A DNA stretch of 63,810 bases, the filler included. It is 6 parts of 6 records of this genome, joined end to end, with 100 filler letters (N's around TTAATTAATTAA, not from the genome) between each part and the next. Parts side by side here need not be neighbours in the genome. Positions count along the whole stretch, not along the records: positions 1 to 16,527 come from SRR31156797_6777; positions 16,628 to 21,909 come from SRR31156797_6779; 4 more parts are not named here. The stretch is one strand, 5' to 3'. Below, in pieces: positions 9,845 through 20,691 of this stretch (within the stretch, counting starts at the first letter, position 1; each line of letters starts with the position of its first letter). The translations under genes and the position numbers were made by a program. The notes under the pieces are model-generated. The model saw only the letters and a program-made list of their open reading frames with translations. It was not told where the DNA came from and ran no database searches.

Positions 9845-11767
9845 CTAGTTTAATTTAATAACAGTCATTTCAGTTCGTCTATTTTTGGCTCTACCTTCTT
9901 TAGTATCGTTATCAGATACCGGTTTATTCATACCGTATCCTTTGAATGATAATCGGGCAGCATTAATGCCTTGTGCGATTAAGTAATCATACACAGTTTT
10001 TGCTCTTTGTTCAGATAAATTCTGATTGTAAGATTTTTCTCCTTGATTGTCAGTATGTCCTGCTATTTCAACATGTAGCTTTTCATTTTGTTCCAGAAAC
10101 CGCTGCAATCTTAATAATTCAGCTATTGACTCATCACTTAACTCATAGGAATTAAATTTAAAAAAAACATTTTTCAAAACCACTGACTGACCTTGTTTAA
10201 TGGGTTGTAAGTTAATAGTTAGTTCCTTCACAAAGTCTTCATTTTTCTGAACCAAATCAAAATGATCTGAATAGAATAGGTATCCTTTCTTTTCAACCAT
10301 CAACCCATAGCGGCTGTTGGATGGTAAACTCACAAGTGCACTTCCATCAGAGCCTTTAGCCCTTATATCAATAATATTTTCTCCAGATTCAACATCAAAT
10401 AAATTCACAATAGCACTCAATGGTCGAAAGCTTTCTTTATCACGCACAAATACTTTTACATAAGTGACATATTCGGGTTTAATTTCATCAGGTACACTAA
10501 ACCTGAAAATACTACGCTTAGTATCACTATCATCAGTTGCATAATAAGCAAATTCTCCAGGAGCATCAATAAACAAACCTATTTCGTCGGTATTCTTATT
10601 GATAGGATAACCTAAATTCTTTGGTGTACTCCATTCATTTGGACCTTTCTTTTTAACCATAAAAATATCCTGCCCACCCATTCCCAGATGATAATCTGAT
10701 GAAAAATATAAGGTTTTATTATCAGCATGAATAAATGGAGCATATTCATCTCCAACGGTATTTACAGAATCACCTAAATTTACAGGCTTGGTCCATTTTG
10801 GATAACCATCATCTGTTTCACCATTTCGCCGACACAAATAAATATCTGCGCCACCTTTGCCACCTTTGCGAGTGCTGCTAAAATACAGGGTCTTTCCATC
10901 AGATGAAATTACAGGACGACTATCCCAGGCATTAGAATTTACTGTTCCTCCAAGATTAACACCCCGCTGCCATCTTCCATCCTTTTTAAGTGAAACATAC
11001 AAGTCACAGCTTCCAAAACCATCACGCATTCTACATCCTGTGTATAAAAGATAACGGCCATCAGGTGAAATAAAAGAAGCGCCTTCGTTATTTTGTGAAA
11101 GTACCTCACTATTCAAACGAAATGGTTTGCCAAATGAATCATTTCTGATAATGCTGGCAAAAATATCTTCCTGAAAAGCGAACCCTTGAAGCGGAAGCTT
11201 AGCAGTAAAATAAAATGTACTATTATCAACTGTCATCGAAGGCCAATATACATCCCCAACACCGTTTATAAGATTACTAAGCGGATGAGGATCAATATCT
11301 ATGGGATTTGCCATGCTTTTTTTTGCAAAATCAACCTGTTCAATAATTCGGTTAGCACTGGATATATCGTTACTGCTTATTTCAGGAACACTTTTGAAAA
11401 ATCTGGCGTGTTGCGTAGCAACATCGTATTCACCAGCTTTAAAATGCGCTTTAGCACTGTTAAGATATGTATATTTGAAAAAAGAATCATTGATTGCAAT
11501 AGCTTTCCGATATAATTCAGCCTCTTGTTTTGACTTCCCTAACATATTTAATAATTGTGCCTTAAAAAGATAAGCTTCAATAAAATTTTCATCTCTGTTA
11601 ATTGCTTCATCAATATACTCTAGGCTTTTTTCATATTGCGTATATTGGTATGCTTGTGTGGCAGCCTGAAAAAATTTAATGGCACGTTTATTTTCGGTCG
11701 AATATTTCTGAGCTAAACTACTTGAGAAAATTGCCAATAATAGAAAAGCTGATATGATTATTTTCAT
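9845..11767 (-). CDS. TPR + PD40 + OmpA-domain protein (PorE-like architecture)
   Basis: N-terminal TPRs; PD40 repeats (SPDGRYL, SSDGKTLYFSS, ADNKTLYFSS); OmpA-C (GHTD...LSEQRA...NRRTE); start moved to ATG 11767 (MKIIISAFLLL signal peptide). Confidence 0.88.
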   Translation of the reverse strand: MKIIISAFLLLAIFSSSLAQKYSTENKRAIKFFQAATQAYQYTQYEKSLEYIDEAINRDENFIEAYLFKAQLLNMLGKSKQEAELYRKAIAINDSFFKYTYLNSAKAHFKAGEYDVATQHARFFKSVPEISSNDISSANRIIEQVDFAKKSMANPIDIDPHPLSNLINGVGDVYWPSMTVDNSTFYFTAKLPLQGFAFQEDIFASIIRNDSFGKPFRLNSEVLSQNNEGASFISPDGRYLLYTGCRMRDGFGSCDLYVSLKKDGRWQRGVNLGGTVNSNAWDSRPVISSDGKTLYFSSTRKGGKGGADIYLCRRNGETDDGYPKWTKPVNLGDSVNTVGDEYAPFIHADNKTLYFSSDYHLGMGGQDIFMVKKKGPNEWSTPKNLGYPINKNTDEIGLFIDAPGEFAYYATDDSDTKRSIFRFSVPDEIKPEYVTYVKVFVRDKESFRPLSAIVNLFDVESGENIIDIRAKGSDGSALVSLPSNSRYGLMVEKKGYLFYSDHFDLVQKNEDFVKELTINLQPIKQGQSVVLKNVFFKFNSYELSDESIAELLRLQRFLEQNEKLHVEIAGHTDNQGEKSYNQNLSEQRAKTVYDYLIAQGINAARLSFKGYGMNKPVSDNDTKEGRAKNRRTEMTVIKLN

Positions 11768-11946
11768 TTTAATAAAAGGTAAAATAGGATTTGGAATTTT
11801 AATACGCCGTAACAATATTAAACTCAAACTTCCACGATACATTGTCCGTTTTTGTACATTTTTATTCTAAACTACATCAAAATTATGACCTTTTCAATTT
11901 TTTTATATTTTTAACATTTCATTAGCTTACACTTAACCCGTTTGAT

Positions 11947-14900
11947 ATGAAAGTATTACTCATTTCTTTACTCATTAGCGTTGCTATGTTTGCAAACGCA
12001 CAACAATTCATCAACTTTACTTCGGGAAAAACAACCACTGAAAGTAGCGTTTATGAACTTCCAAAAAGAAACATTTCTTCTACTAATTTAGCTGAATTTA
12101 AAGCTCAATTTAATATTGTTGGTGGTAAGATTGCTCAAAAAAGCCACAACAAAGACAATTATCAATTCATCCAGATTAAAGGCTTTGGTAAGATAAATAC
12201 TCCTGGGCATCCCGCCTTGCCTATGACCATTGAGCATATTTTAATGCCCAAAGGAGCCAAACCAACTATTAAAATAACTGATAACAAGTTCAGTGAAATG
12301 GATGGATTTATGATTCACCCTGCTTTAGAACCAGCTCAAGACACATACAATGCTGAGCCGCCGGAATGGAAAAAAGATGAGGCAATTTATAGTAAAGATG
12401 CCTGGTATCCTGAAAATCCTGTTTCAATACATACTATTCAGGATCGAAGAGGATTTCCAATTGCATTGGTTCAAATTAATCCAGTTCAATTCAATCCGGT
12501 AACCGGTAAAATACGAGTTTATGAGTTCCTTGAATACAATCTGGAATTCAATGGTAATTCTAGATCAATCAATGAATTATCTACAAACCACACCAATCAT
12601 TTCACACAGCTTCTTAGAAATGAGGTAATTAATAAGAATATTATCCCAACAGGCAAAAATAGTTATTCAAAAAGCGATGGTAAAAACTATATTATCATCA
12701 CACATGAAGCATATAGAGCTGCTGCTGACACACTTGCCAAATGGAAAAGACAAATGGGCTACAGTGTTGAGATTGTTAGCCAAACTGCCTGGACAAGTGA
12801 TCAGGTTAAAGAAGCTATTCACTCAAGATATGATAGCTGGACCATTAAACCTGATTATTTCGTAATTATTGGCGATCATACTGGAGACTATGCAGTACCT
12901 GGCGAAACCTTTCAGGCACCAAATGGTGATGGAACATATGCCTCAGATTTATATTATGCCTGCATGGGTGGCTATGCTGACTACAAAGCAGATATGGCTT
13001 TTGGAAGAATTTCAGTAAATAATACGGAACAAGCCATGACTGTAGTTTTAAAAAATATTAATTATGAGCGCAATCCTATTTCTAACAGTGATTTTTACAG
13101 CGATGCAATTGCCTGTGCTCAATTTCAGGATGTAGCAGATAATGAAGCTCCGGATGGATATGCAGCAAGACGTTTTTGTCATACCAGTGAAGATATAAGA
13201 AACTATACCATAGGCCAGGGATACAATACCAACAGAATTTATTATACTGATGGGGCTAATGATCCCACAAACTATAATAATGGTTATTATTCAGATGGAC
13301 AGGCAATACCTTCAGAATTATTAAGAGAAAACGGTTTTGCATGGAATGGAAATGCTAGTCATATTCAAAATGCCATCGAAGATGGTAAATTTCTTGTATT
13401 TCATCGTGATCATGGTTTTGCTGGAGGTACAGGTTGGTCTCATCCTTATTTTTCATCATCAAATGCAGCAGCATTAAATAATGGATCCTTATTACCTGTA
13501 GTTTTCAGTATCAATTGCCATACAGGTGAATATAGCTTAGGAAACTGTTTTGCAGAATCCTTCATCAGAAACCCTAATGGAGGAGCCGTGGGTGTTGTTG
13601 CCGCTGCATATTACAGCTATAGTGGTTACAATGATGGATTCTCTGCCGGTATGATTGACGCAATCTGGAGTGATCCAGGATTAACACCAAATTTTGGTTA
13701 CGGTGGAGTATATAATCCTCCTTCAAGTTCTGCCAATAACATTCGTACAATGGGTGATGTAATGAATCAGGGTCTTGTGCGCATGGAACAAACTTGGGGA
13801 TCCAGCACCTACTCGCATAGACTATTCCATTATTTTGGAGACCCTTCATTACGAATTTGGACTGAAAACCCAAATGAAAATCTTATTACAGTAAGCCACA
13901 ACACAACAATCAGTTGTGATGAGTCAATTTTCAGTGTAACTGATTGTAATATCGAAGATGCCAAAGTAACTATTATCCAAGGTGATGAATTAGTTGGAAC
14001 AGGCTTTATATCAGAAGGTTCAGCAGATATTGAATACGCATTTACACAGTATAATTCAGTTGCAACATTAACTATTACAGCTGAAAACCATAAACCATAT
14101 GTTACGACTATTGATCTAACAGGTAACTGTGCATTTCCTCCAATTGTAACTACGGGAGATGCCACACTTGAAGAAGGAAATATCATATTAGCTACAGGAA
14201 ATATCATCGATAACCAATTTGGCACAAATTCAATAAGTGGAATATGCTATTCACTTGAAGAAAATCCTATACCCGGTAATGATAATTCTTTAATTGTACA
14301 AAGCGTTCCAACTGTAAATGAAGGTACTATTGAAGTTCAAATTGAAAACCTGGCTGCATCAACCAGATATTTTTATAAAGCCTTTGCAACAAACGAATAT
14401 GGAACTGGCGAAGGTGAAATAAAATATTTCAATACTGCGTGCGGTGCGGTAAATGAATATCCTGTATCAATAGATTTCAGAGGAAATCTAATCCCTGCAT
14501 GCTGGGAGGCTTCTGTATTTTCAGGAAACCAGGGTTGGAGATTTGACAATCCCGGTGCCCATGAATTCCAATCTTCTACAGCTTCAAACGGATTTGCAGC
14601 GCTTGATAGTGAATTTTATGGTAATGGTGGAATACAAAATGCTGATTTAATATCAACAACTTATGATTTTGCTGCCTACGGTCAAGTATCACTTTCATTT
14701 GAACACTACTTCCGTTCAGCAAACTCAGGTGACACAGCCACTTTGTACTATAGTATAGATGGTGGAGAAAATTGGAGCTTTTTACAAGAGTGGTATTCAA
14801 CTACAGGAAGCCTTGCAAGCCCAAATAATTATAATATTGATTTATCCAGCGAATTATCGGGAGAATCAAATGTTAAATTCAAATGGAATTACGAAGGTGG

Positions 14901-16476
14901 AAGCGATTACTATTGGTTAATTGATGACATTCAAATAAATGCATCACAATTCAGTCGTCCATTAATTACCAATAATGATATAGAAATTGAAAATGAAGGT
15001 CATTTTTATGATTATACTTCAGTAGACCCTGGTAATACTATCACCTTTGATTTTAAATTATACAATCTTGGAGATTTAGATTTAAATATTGACAATATTG
15101 AAATTACAAACTCAGAGTTCTCCATTACAGCACAGCCCTCAACTTTGGTAGAAAGTGCAGATAGTACCACATTCTCCGTAACTTATAATCCTACAGATGC
15201 AGGTAGCGATGAACTTATTGTTACTATTAATTCTGACGCAACAATGCATGGAAGCTATATATTCACTATGTATGTGAACCTGGAAAGCACATATAACGCT
15301 ACGCTTGAATTAGTAAATTCATATGGTGACCCAATTGAAAATGCTACAATTGTTTTGTCAGAATATGGTACATTACAAACAGATGCATCAGGAAATGCTA
15401 CATTTGAAAATATTACAGTGCAAGAAATAACAGGTTACAATATTACACATGCTGATTACCTGGAGCAAAGCGGCAACTTCATGGTAACTCATCAGGATAT
15501 TACAATTACAAATGAATTAATCGGAGCTCCAGTAAATCTCACATTTAATGTTTCAAATGGAGACGATCCATTAAACAACGCCACTATTACACTTGAAGAT
15601 GGTAACTATGCTATTACATCCGGTGGAAGTGCAACAGTTGAAGTGAATGGAATGCAAAACATGGCTTTCGAAATTTCACGATCGGGTTATGAAGATTATA
15701 CAGGTAATGTAAATGTGCTGGCAACTGATCAAAGTGTTGACATAGTAATGATAATTGAAGGAAATCAGGTAACAGTTAATGTGACTTCTGGTGGGACACC
15801 TGTGGAGAATGCAAATGTTACAATAAATGACGTTTATACAGCTCAAACAAATGCAAGTGGGGTTGCCATTATTGATGGAATCCCTTCTGGTTATAATCGT
15901 TCGCTAGATGTTACTGCTGAAGGATATCATCCATACAATACAAATGTGAATATTCTGACTGATGTGGAAGTAGATGTAAACCTACAACCTGCAGTATTAT
16001 ATGATTTGACAATTCTTGTAATGCATAATGATGCACCACTTGAAGGTGCAACGGTTGATATTGATGGAACTTATAACGGTGAAACTAATAGTAGCGGACA
16101 AATTGCATTTACTGAAATTCCGAATGGAAACAGAAGTATCTCAGTTACAAAAGCTGGATTTGAACCAATTTATGGAACCGTAAATCTTGATTCAGATACT
16201 ACCATTACCTACCAAATTTCTGAAACCGGAATTAGTAGCAATCATAATTCGCAATTTAGAATTTACCCCAATCCAACAAATGCAGGGTTCAATATTGAGA
16301 CTATATCCGGCTCTAAATCAACTCTGAGAATATTCAACAGTACAGGAAAATTAGTTTACGAAAATGACTTTGCTACCAAACAAAAATACTTTAATATTGC
16401 TTTGGACAACGGATTATATTTCGTTAGAATATTAAATGAGAAAGGACAATCGATTCAAAAGTTAATTATCGAATAA
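11947..16476 (+). CDS. C25-family (gingipain-like) cysteine peptidase with T9SS C-terminal sorting domain
   Basis: Propeptide-like N-terminus; KWKRQMGY, SDLYY, GRIS, catalytic H(G) in HRDHG and C in SINCHTG, GDPSL; Ig/carboxypeptidase-regulatory-like repeats; CTD IYPNP...GLYFVRI...QKLIIE. Confidence 0.9.
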   Translation: MKVLLISLLISVAMFANAQQFINFTSGKTTTESSVYELPKRNISSTNLAEFKAQFNIVGGKIAQKSHNKDNYQFIQIKGFGKINTPGHPALPMTIEHILMPKGAKPTIKITDNKFSEMDGFMIHPALEPAQDTYNAEPPEWKKDEAIYSKDAWYPENPVSIHTIQDRRGFPIALVQINPVQFNPVTGKIRVYEFLEYNLEFNGNSRSINELSTNHTNHFTQLLRNEVINKNIIPTGKNSYSKSDGKNYIIITHEAYRAAADTLAKWKRQMGYSVEIVSQTAWTSDQVKEAIHSRYDSWTIKPDYFVIIGDHTGDYAVPGETFQAPNGDGTYASDLYYACMGGYADYKADMAFGRISVNNTEQAMTVVLKNINYERNPISNSDFYSDAIACAQFQDVADNEAPDGYAARRFCHTSEDIRNYTIGQGYNTNRIYYTDGANDPTNYNNGYYSDGQAIPSELLRENGFAWNGNASHIQNAIEDGKFLVFHRDHGFAGGTGWSHPYFSSSNAAALNNGSLLPVVFSINCHTGEYSLGNCFAESFIRNPNGGAVGVVAAAYYSYSGYNDGFSAGMIDAIWSDPGLTPNFGYGGVYNPPSSSANNIRTMGDVMNQGLVRMEQTWGSSTYSHRLFHYFGDPSLRIWTENPNENLITVSHNTTISCDESIFSVTDCNIEDAKVTIIQGDELVGTGFISEGSADIEYAFTQYNSVATLTITAENHKPYVTTIDLTGNCAFPPIVTTGDATLEEGNIILATGNIIDNQFGTNSISGICYSLEENPIPGNDNSLIVQSVPTVNEGTIEVQIENLAASTRYFYKAFATNEYGTGEGEIKYFNTACGAVNEYPVSIDFRGNLIPACWEASVFSGNQGWRFDNPGAHEFQSSTASNGFAALDSEFYGNGGIQNADLISTTYDFAAYGQVSLSFEHYFRSANSGDTATLYYSIDGGENWSFLQEWYSTTGSLASPNNYNIDLSSELSGESNVKFKWNYEGGSDYYWLIDDIQINASQFSRPLITNNDIEIENEGHFYDYTSVDPGNTITFDFKLYNLGDLDLNIDNIEITNSEFSITAQPSTLVESADSTTFSVTYNPTDAGSDELIVTINSDATMHGSYIFTMYVNLESTYNATLELVNSYGDPIENATIVLSEYGTLQTDASGNATFENITVQEITGYNITHADYLEQSGNFMVTHQDITITNELIGAPVNLTFNVSNGDDPLNNATITLEDGNYAITSGGSATVEVNGMQNMAFEISRSGYEDYTGNVNVLATDQSVDIVMIIEGNQVTVNVTSGGTPVENANVTINDVYTAQTNASGVAIIDGIPSGYNRSLDVTAEGYHPYNTNVNILTDVEVDVNLQPAVLYDLTILVMHNDAPLEGATVDIDGTYNGETNSSGQIAFTEIPNGNRSISVTKAGFEPIYGTVNLDSDTTITYQISETGISSNHNSQFRIYPNPTNAGFNIETISGSKSTLRIFNSTGKLVYENDFATKQKYFNIALDNGLYFVRILNEKGQSIQKLIIE

Positions 16477-16501
16477 ATCTCATGAATAGAATAAAAAGAA
16501 G

Positions 16502-16527
16502 AGGCTGTCTCAAAAGGGGCAGCCTTT
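16502..16527 (+). terminator. Hairpin downstream of the C25 peptidase (probable terminator; also repeat arm)
   Basis: AGGCTGTCTC-AAAA-GGGGCAGCCT stem-loop followed by T's up to the contig end. Confidence 0.55.
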
Positions 16528-16627
16528 NNNNNNNNNNNNNNNNNNNNNNNNNNNNNNNNNNNNNNNNNNNNTTAATTAATTAANNNNNNNNNNNNNNNNN
16601 NNNNNNNNNNNNNNNNNNNNNNNNNNN
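16528..16627. other. Artificial contig linker
   Basis: N44-TTAATTAATTAA-N44 (stops in all six frames). Confidence 0.99.
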
Positions 16628-17388
16628 GAAATCTAAGACGTGTATTTGCAAAACTATTTAGAAAAACTGTTAAGATACTACTTAAAGATAAAGAGACTAA
16701 AAAAGTTTCTATTACAACTAAAAACTTAACAGAATTTTTAGAAAACCCTATTTTTGAAATAGACCCAGCTGAAAAGAAAAACTCTGTTGGAGTTACAAAT
16801 GGTTTAGCTTGGACTGCTGTTGGTGGAGATGTTTTAAAAACAGAAGCGGTAAGACTTAGAGGAAAAGGTATTTTAAGTGTTACTGGAAATATGGGTGATG
16901 TAATGAAAGAATCATCTAGAATTTCTTACTCTGTTGTAAAACTTTTAATTGATAATAAAAAACTGAAAATAGATGATAATCTAATCCCTAAAACAGCAAA
17001 AGAGATAGAAGAAAAAACAAAAGTAGACCCAAGTGAAATCTATAAAAGATTTGATATCCACTTACATATTCCAGAAGGTGCTACACCAAAAGATGGACCA
17101 AGTGCTGGTATAACAATGGCTACAACTATTGCTTCTATTTTAAGTAATAAAGAAGTTAAATCCGATGTTGCTATGACAGGTGAGCTTACACTTACAGGTA
17201 AGGTTTTACCAATTGGTGGGTTAAAAGAGAAACTAATTGCAGCTCATAAAGCAAAAATGAAACTTGCATTAATTCCAAGAAAGAACTTCCAACGGGATTT
17301 AGATGATATTCCATTAGAAGTAAAAGAGAATATGGAAATCAAAGCAGTAGATACTATAGAAGATGTTTTAAAAGAGACTCTTATCTAA
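16628..17388 (+). CDS. lon: Lon protease (endopeptidase La), 3' part
   Basis: Frame open from the contig start (NLRRVFAKL...GLAWTAVGG); HLHIPEGATPKDGPSAG catalytic Ser; PIGGLKEK Lys. Confidence 0.95.
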
Positions 17389-17393
17389 GTAAA

Positions 17394-17966
17394 ATGAAGG
17401 TAAAAAGAACAAGACCTAATGATAGTACCATTATAAACAATCTTTTTACCTTTGCGACAATTGTTATGATTACAATAACAATTGTTCTATATAACACCTT
17501 TATTGTCGAACCACAAAAAAAAGAAGAAACTACACTTTCAAAAGTAGAAAAACTACCTTGTCAAAAAGAGACTCCCACTAAAGTAATTATTAAAAACCAT
17601 GAACTAGTAAAAAAATCATATAAAGCAATTGAAAAGGGTTACTATAAAATAGAAGGCTCTTTTTTAAAACTTGAAGAAAACTCTAAAATTGAAGATATTA
17701 TAAAACTTGCTGAAGTAGATAGTTATATTAAAAGCTTACTTAATATAAACCCTAAAGAAGATTTACAAAAGTATTTAAAGATAAAATATGAAATAATAGA
17801 GAGTTCCAAAGATAACTTAAATGCAGGAACAATAATAACATCATTTAGAATTAACTCAAAAGAGATATTTTTTATGCAAAGTGATTTTAAATTTATGTAT
17901 AAAAATGCTATCAAAGAACGAGTTGATTGCTCAATAAAGGTATATAAAAACTATGTTCAGAACTAG
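17394..17966 (+). CDS. Membrane-anchored hypothetical protein
   Basis: 190-aa ORF with a single N-terminal TM, tightly packed between lon and the rhomboid gene. Confidence 0.6.
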   Translation: MKVKRTRPNDSTIINNLFTFATIVMITITIVLYNTFIVEPQKKEETTLSKVEKLPCQKETPTKVIIKNHELVKKSYKAIEKGYYKIEGSFLKLEENSKIEDIIKLAEVDSYIKSLLNINPKEDLQKYLKIKYEIIESSKDNLNAGTIITSFRINSKEIFFMQSDFKFMYKNAIKERVDCSIKVYKNYVQN

Positions 17967-18486
17967 ATCTAATTTCACACTTACTAATATCACAATTGCA
18001 ATAACAATTTTTATGTACTTAGTACAAACAAATATAAGCTATGGAGGTTTATATTTAGGTCTTAATATGTATTTTGTTGAAAGCAACTTTTATTGGCAAC
18101 CTCTTACAACTATGTTTGCCCATGGAGGACTTGGTCACTTAGCTATGAATATGTTTGTTTTATATCAATTTGGAAATGCTATTGAGATGTATAGAGGAAA
18201 AAAAGAGTTTGTAATAGCATATTTTATAGCAGGACTTGCAACTTCAATTCTTAGCTTTTTATATATTTACTATTTAGATAATTTTGTAAACTTAGTTGGA
18301 GCATCTGGTGCTATTTGTGCACTTATGGGATATATAGCTTATATAGATAGATTTCAAAGAAAAGCAATAGTTACTTGGGTTTTAATTATCTCAGTAGCAC
18401 CTGTACTTATTGGTCTTCCAATTGCTTGGTATGCTCACTTTATTGGACTTGGAATTGGGTTTTTAATAGGAGCTATTAGAAAATAG
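17953..18486 (+). CDS. Rhomboid-family intramembrane serine protease
   Basis: WQ...FAHGG..HL.MNM, GASG catalytic Ser, AHFIG catalytic His. Confidence 0.9.
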   Translation: MFRTRSNFTLTNITIAITIFMYLVQTNISYGGLYLGLNMYFVESNFYWQPLTTMFAHGGLGHLAMNMFVLYQFGNAIEMYRGKKEFVIAYFIAGLATSILSFLYIYYLDNFVNLVGASGAICALMGYIAYIDRFQRKAIVTWVLIISVAPVLIGLPIAWYAHFIGLGIGFLIGAIRK

Positions 18487-19242
18487 TTATTGGAAATATT
18501 TTTTTGATATTTCCTCTACCTTTTTATTTTCTAATAACTTTTCAATAGCTTTATCTATTTTATCTACTTGTTTTATCAAGCTTGATTTTTTTGATATTCC
18601 TATATAAAGATTAACTTCATTACCAGGTTTATATTCTGCTTTTGAAATAATATGATTAAAGCCTAATCTACTAATATCATAATCAGCTTGACAATCTGTT
18701 CCAATTATCACATCAACTCTATTAAATGCTAACATTCTAACTAGTTCTAGTTCCGAAGAAACCACTTTCTTATTTAAAGTTTTATCTTCATCAAACTTTT
18801 TAAAATATGCAGAGTTAGTTACATATCCTATTTGATAATTTTTTAAATCGCTATAGCTTTTTATACTATTTCCAGCTTCATTAAGTATATAAAAAACAGT
18901 TGAGCATTTATAATAGGGGTTTTTTGAATAGTAAATATACTCTTCTCTCTCTTTAGTTTTAGCTACTCCTGAAATCAAGTCAACAGTTCCTGCTTTCATA
19001 TTAGCTAAACTTCTACTCCATGGATATCTTTTATAGTTGATTTCAATATCTAACTCTTTTGATAGTAAAGATAAAAAGTCAAAATCAATTCCACTGTATT
19101 TATTATTTTCTGAGATTATTCTAAAAGGAGGCCAAGCATCTATAGGTACTTTTATACTATTTTCTTGGGCTAAACCTTTTACTGAAAAAATAGCTGAGAC
19201 TAAAAGTATAAAACATAGGTTAAAAGTATTTAATAGTTTCAT
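18487..19242 (-). CDS. Periplasmic substrate-binding protein, family 3
   Basis: Signal peptide; WPPF, GIDFD, YPWSR, KTKERE, RVDVII motifs. Confidence 0.85.
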   Translation of the reverse strand: MKLLNTFNLCFILLVSAIFSVKGLAQENSIKVPIDAWPPFRIISENNKYSGIDFDFLSLLSKELDIEINYKRYPWSRSLANMKAGTVDLISGVAKTKEREEYIYYSKNPYYKCSTVFYILNEAGNSIKSYSDLKNYQIGYVTNSAYFKKFDEDKTLNKKVVSSELELVRMLAFNRVDVIIGTDCQADYDISRLGFNHIISKAEYKPGNEVNLYIGISKKSSLIKQVDKIDKAIEKLLENKKVEEISKKYFQ

Positions 19243-19310
19243 TGTTACATCCTTAAGACTATTATACTAATAATATCAATAGTAATGAAAATGTAACTTA
19301 ATTATATCTC

Positions 19311-19481
19311 TTAATTTAAATTGATAAAAAAACTAACCGCATACATCACTATAGTAACAGCAGCAATTCCTATAACAATTTCTTTCATTTTAACTGTAGG
19401 GTTTAATGTTCCACAATATGGGCATTGTCTTTTTTTTGTTTCGATTTCTCTTTTACAATGTCTACATGGTTCAAGTTTTAT
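19311..19481 (-). CDS. Small zinc-ribbon + TM protein (56 aa) with probable ATA start; absent from the ORF track
   Basis: Hand translation (M)KLEPCRHCKREIETKKRQCPYCGTLNPTVKMKEIVIGIAAVTIVMYAVSFFINLN*; two CxxC plus a C-terminal TM; AAGGA Shine-Dalgarno 6 nt before the ATA. Confidence 0.7.
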   Translation of the reverse strand: MKLEPCRHCKREIETKKRQCPYCGTLNPTVKMKEIVIGIAAVTIVMYAVSFFINLN

Positions 19482-19650
19482 GATAAATCCTTCATTTTTT
19501 GTAATTTTAACTATATAAAGCTGTAAGTTTTATATAATGTATATTTTCCTTTTTTGTTACATTTATGATATAATATATTTTTAGAAAAATATTATCTTAA
19601 GTTATATAACTATAAAATATTATGACTCTTAACGTAAAATAAGGCATGCA

Positions 19651-20691
19651 ATGAATTTTAAAGATTTACAGATTATATCCATAGATGACAATGAAAATAA
19701 CCTATTTTTAATTGAAGCTATTTGTGAAGAGATGAAGCTAAATGTAAAAAGTTTTTCAGAACCACTTGAAGCTTTAATGTATGTACTTCAAAATAGAGTT
19801 GATTTAATTGTAATTGACTATATGATGCCAAACCTTGATGGAATTGAATTTATAAAAGAGTTTAGAAGAAAAAACAAAAAAGTTCCTATTGTTATGGTAA
19901 CTGCTGCGGGGGATGATGAGACAGTTCATAAAGAAGCCTTTGAAGCAGGAGTAAATGACTTTTTAAGTAAACCTGTAAACTCTGTTTTATTTAAAGCAAG
20001 AGTTACAAACCTTTTAACTAACTATCAAAATACTTTATTAATAGAAGATAGAGCCAAACTTTTAGAAGAAGAAGTAAAAAAAGCTACAGAAAATCTTATC
20101 AATAGAGAACATGAAACTCTATATATCTTAGGAAAAACTGCAGAGTACAAAGACCCAGAAACAGCATCACATGTTGCTAGAGTTGCACACTATTCTAAAC
20201 TTATTGCAAAAGCCTATGGATTAAATGAAAAAGAGCAAGAAATTATCTTTTATGCAGCTCCTTTTCATGACCTTGGAAAAATTGGAATTGAAGATAAGAT
20301 TCTTTTAAAACCAGGAAAACTAGATAACGAAGAGTTTGAACAAATGAAAAATCATGCTCAAATTGGGTATGAGATATTAAAAGATTCTCAAAGTGAGTTT
20401 TTAAAAGCAGGAGCTATAATTGCAGTAAGTCACCATGAAAAGTATGATGGCTCTGGCTATCCTAAAGGTTTAAAAGGCGATAACATTCATATTTATGGAA
20501 GAATAGTAGCTGTTGTTGATGTATTTGATGCTTTAACTTCTCATAGACCCTACAAAAAAGCTTGGTCATTTGATGATGCTTTAAATCTTTTAAAAGAAGA
20601 GAGTGGAAAACACTTTGACCCTACTCTTGTAAATCTATTTATTGAAAATACAGAAGAAATAAAAAAAATATATAACTCATTTGGAGAATAA
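19651..20691 (+). CDS. Response regulator with HD-GYP cyclic-di-GMP phosphodiesterase domain (RpfG-like)
   Basis: REC (IDDNE, IDYMMP, SKP) plus HDLGKIG and HHEKYDGSGYP. Confidence 0.93.
   Translation: MNFKDLQIISIDDNENNLFLIEAICEEMKLNVKSFSEPLEALMYVLQNRVDLIVIDYMMPNLDGIEFIKEFRRKNKKVPIVMVTAAGDDETVHKEAFEAGVNDFLSKPVNSVLFKARVTNLLTNYQNTLLIEDRAKLLEEEVKKATENLINREHETLYILGKTAEYKDPETASHVARVAHYSKLIAKAYGLNEKEQEIIFYAAPFHDLGKIGIEDKILLKPGKLDNEEFEQMKNHAQIGYEILKDSQSEFLKAGAIIAVSHHEKYDGSGYPKGLKGDNIHIYGRIVAVVDVFDALTSHRPYKKAWSFDDALNLLKEESGKHFDPTLVNLFIENTEEIKKIYNSFGE

Noticed and set aside
19321-19518. 65-aa + strand ORF
   Set aside because: Antisense shadow of the Zn-ribbon microprotein on the - strand
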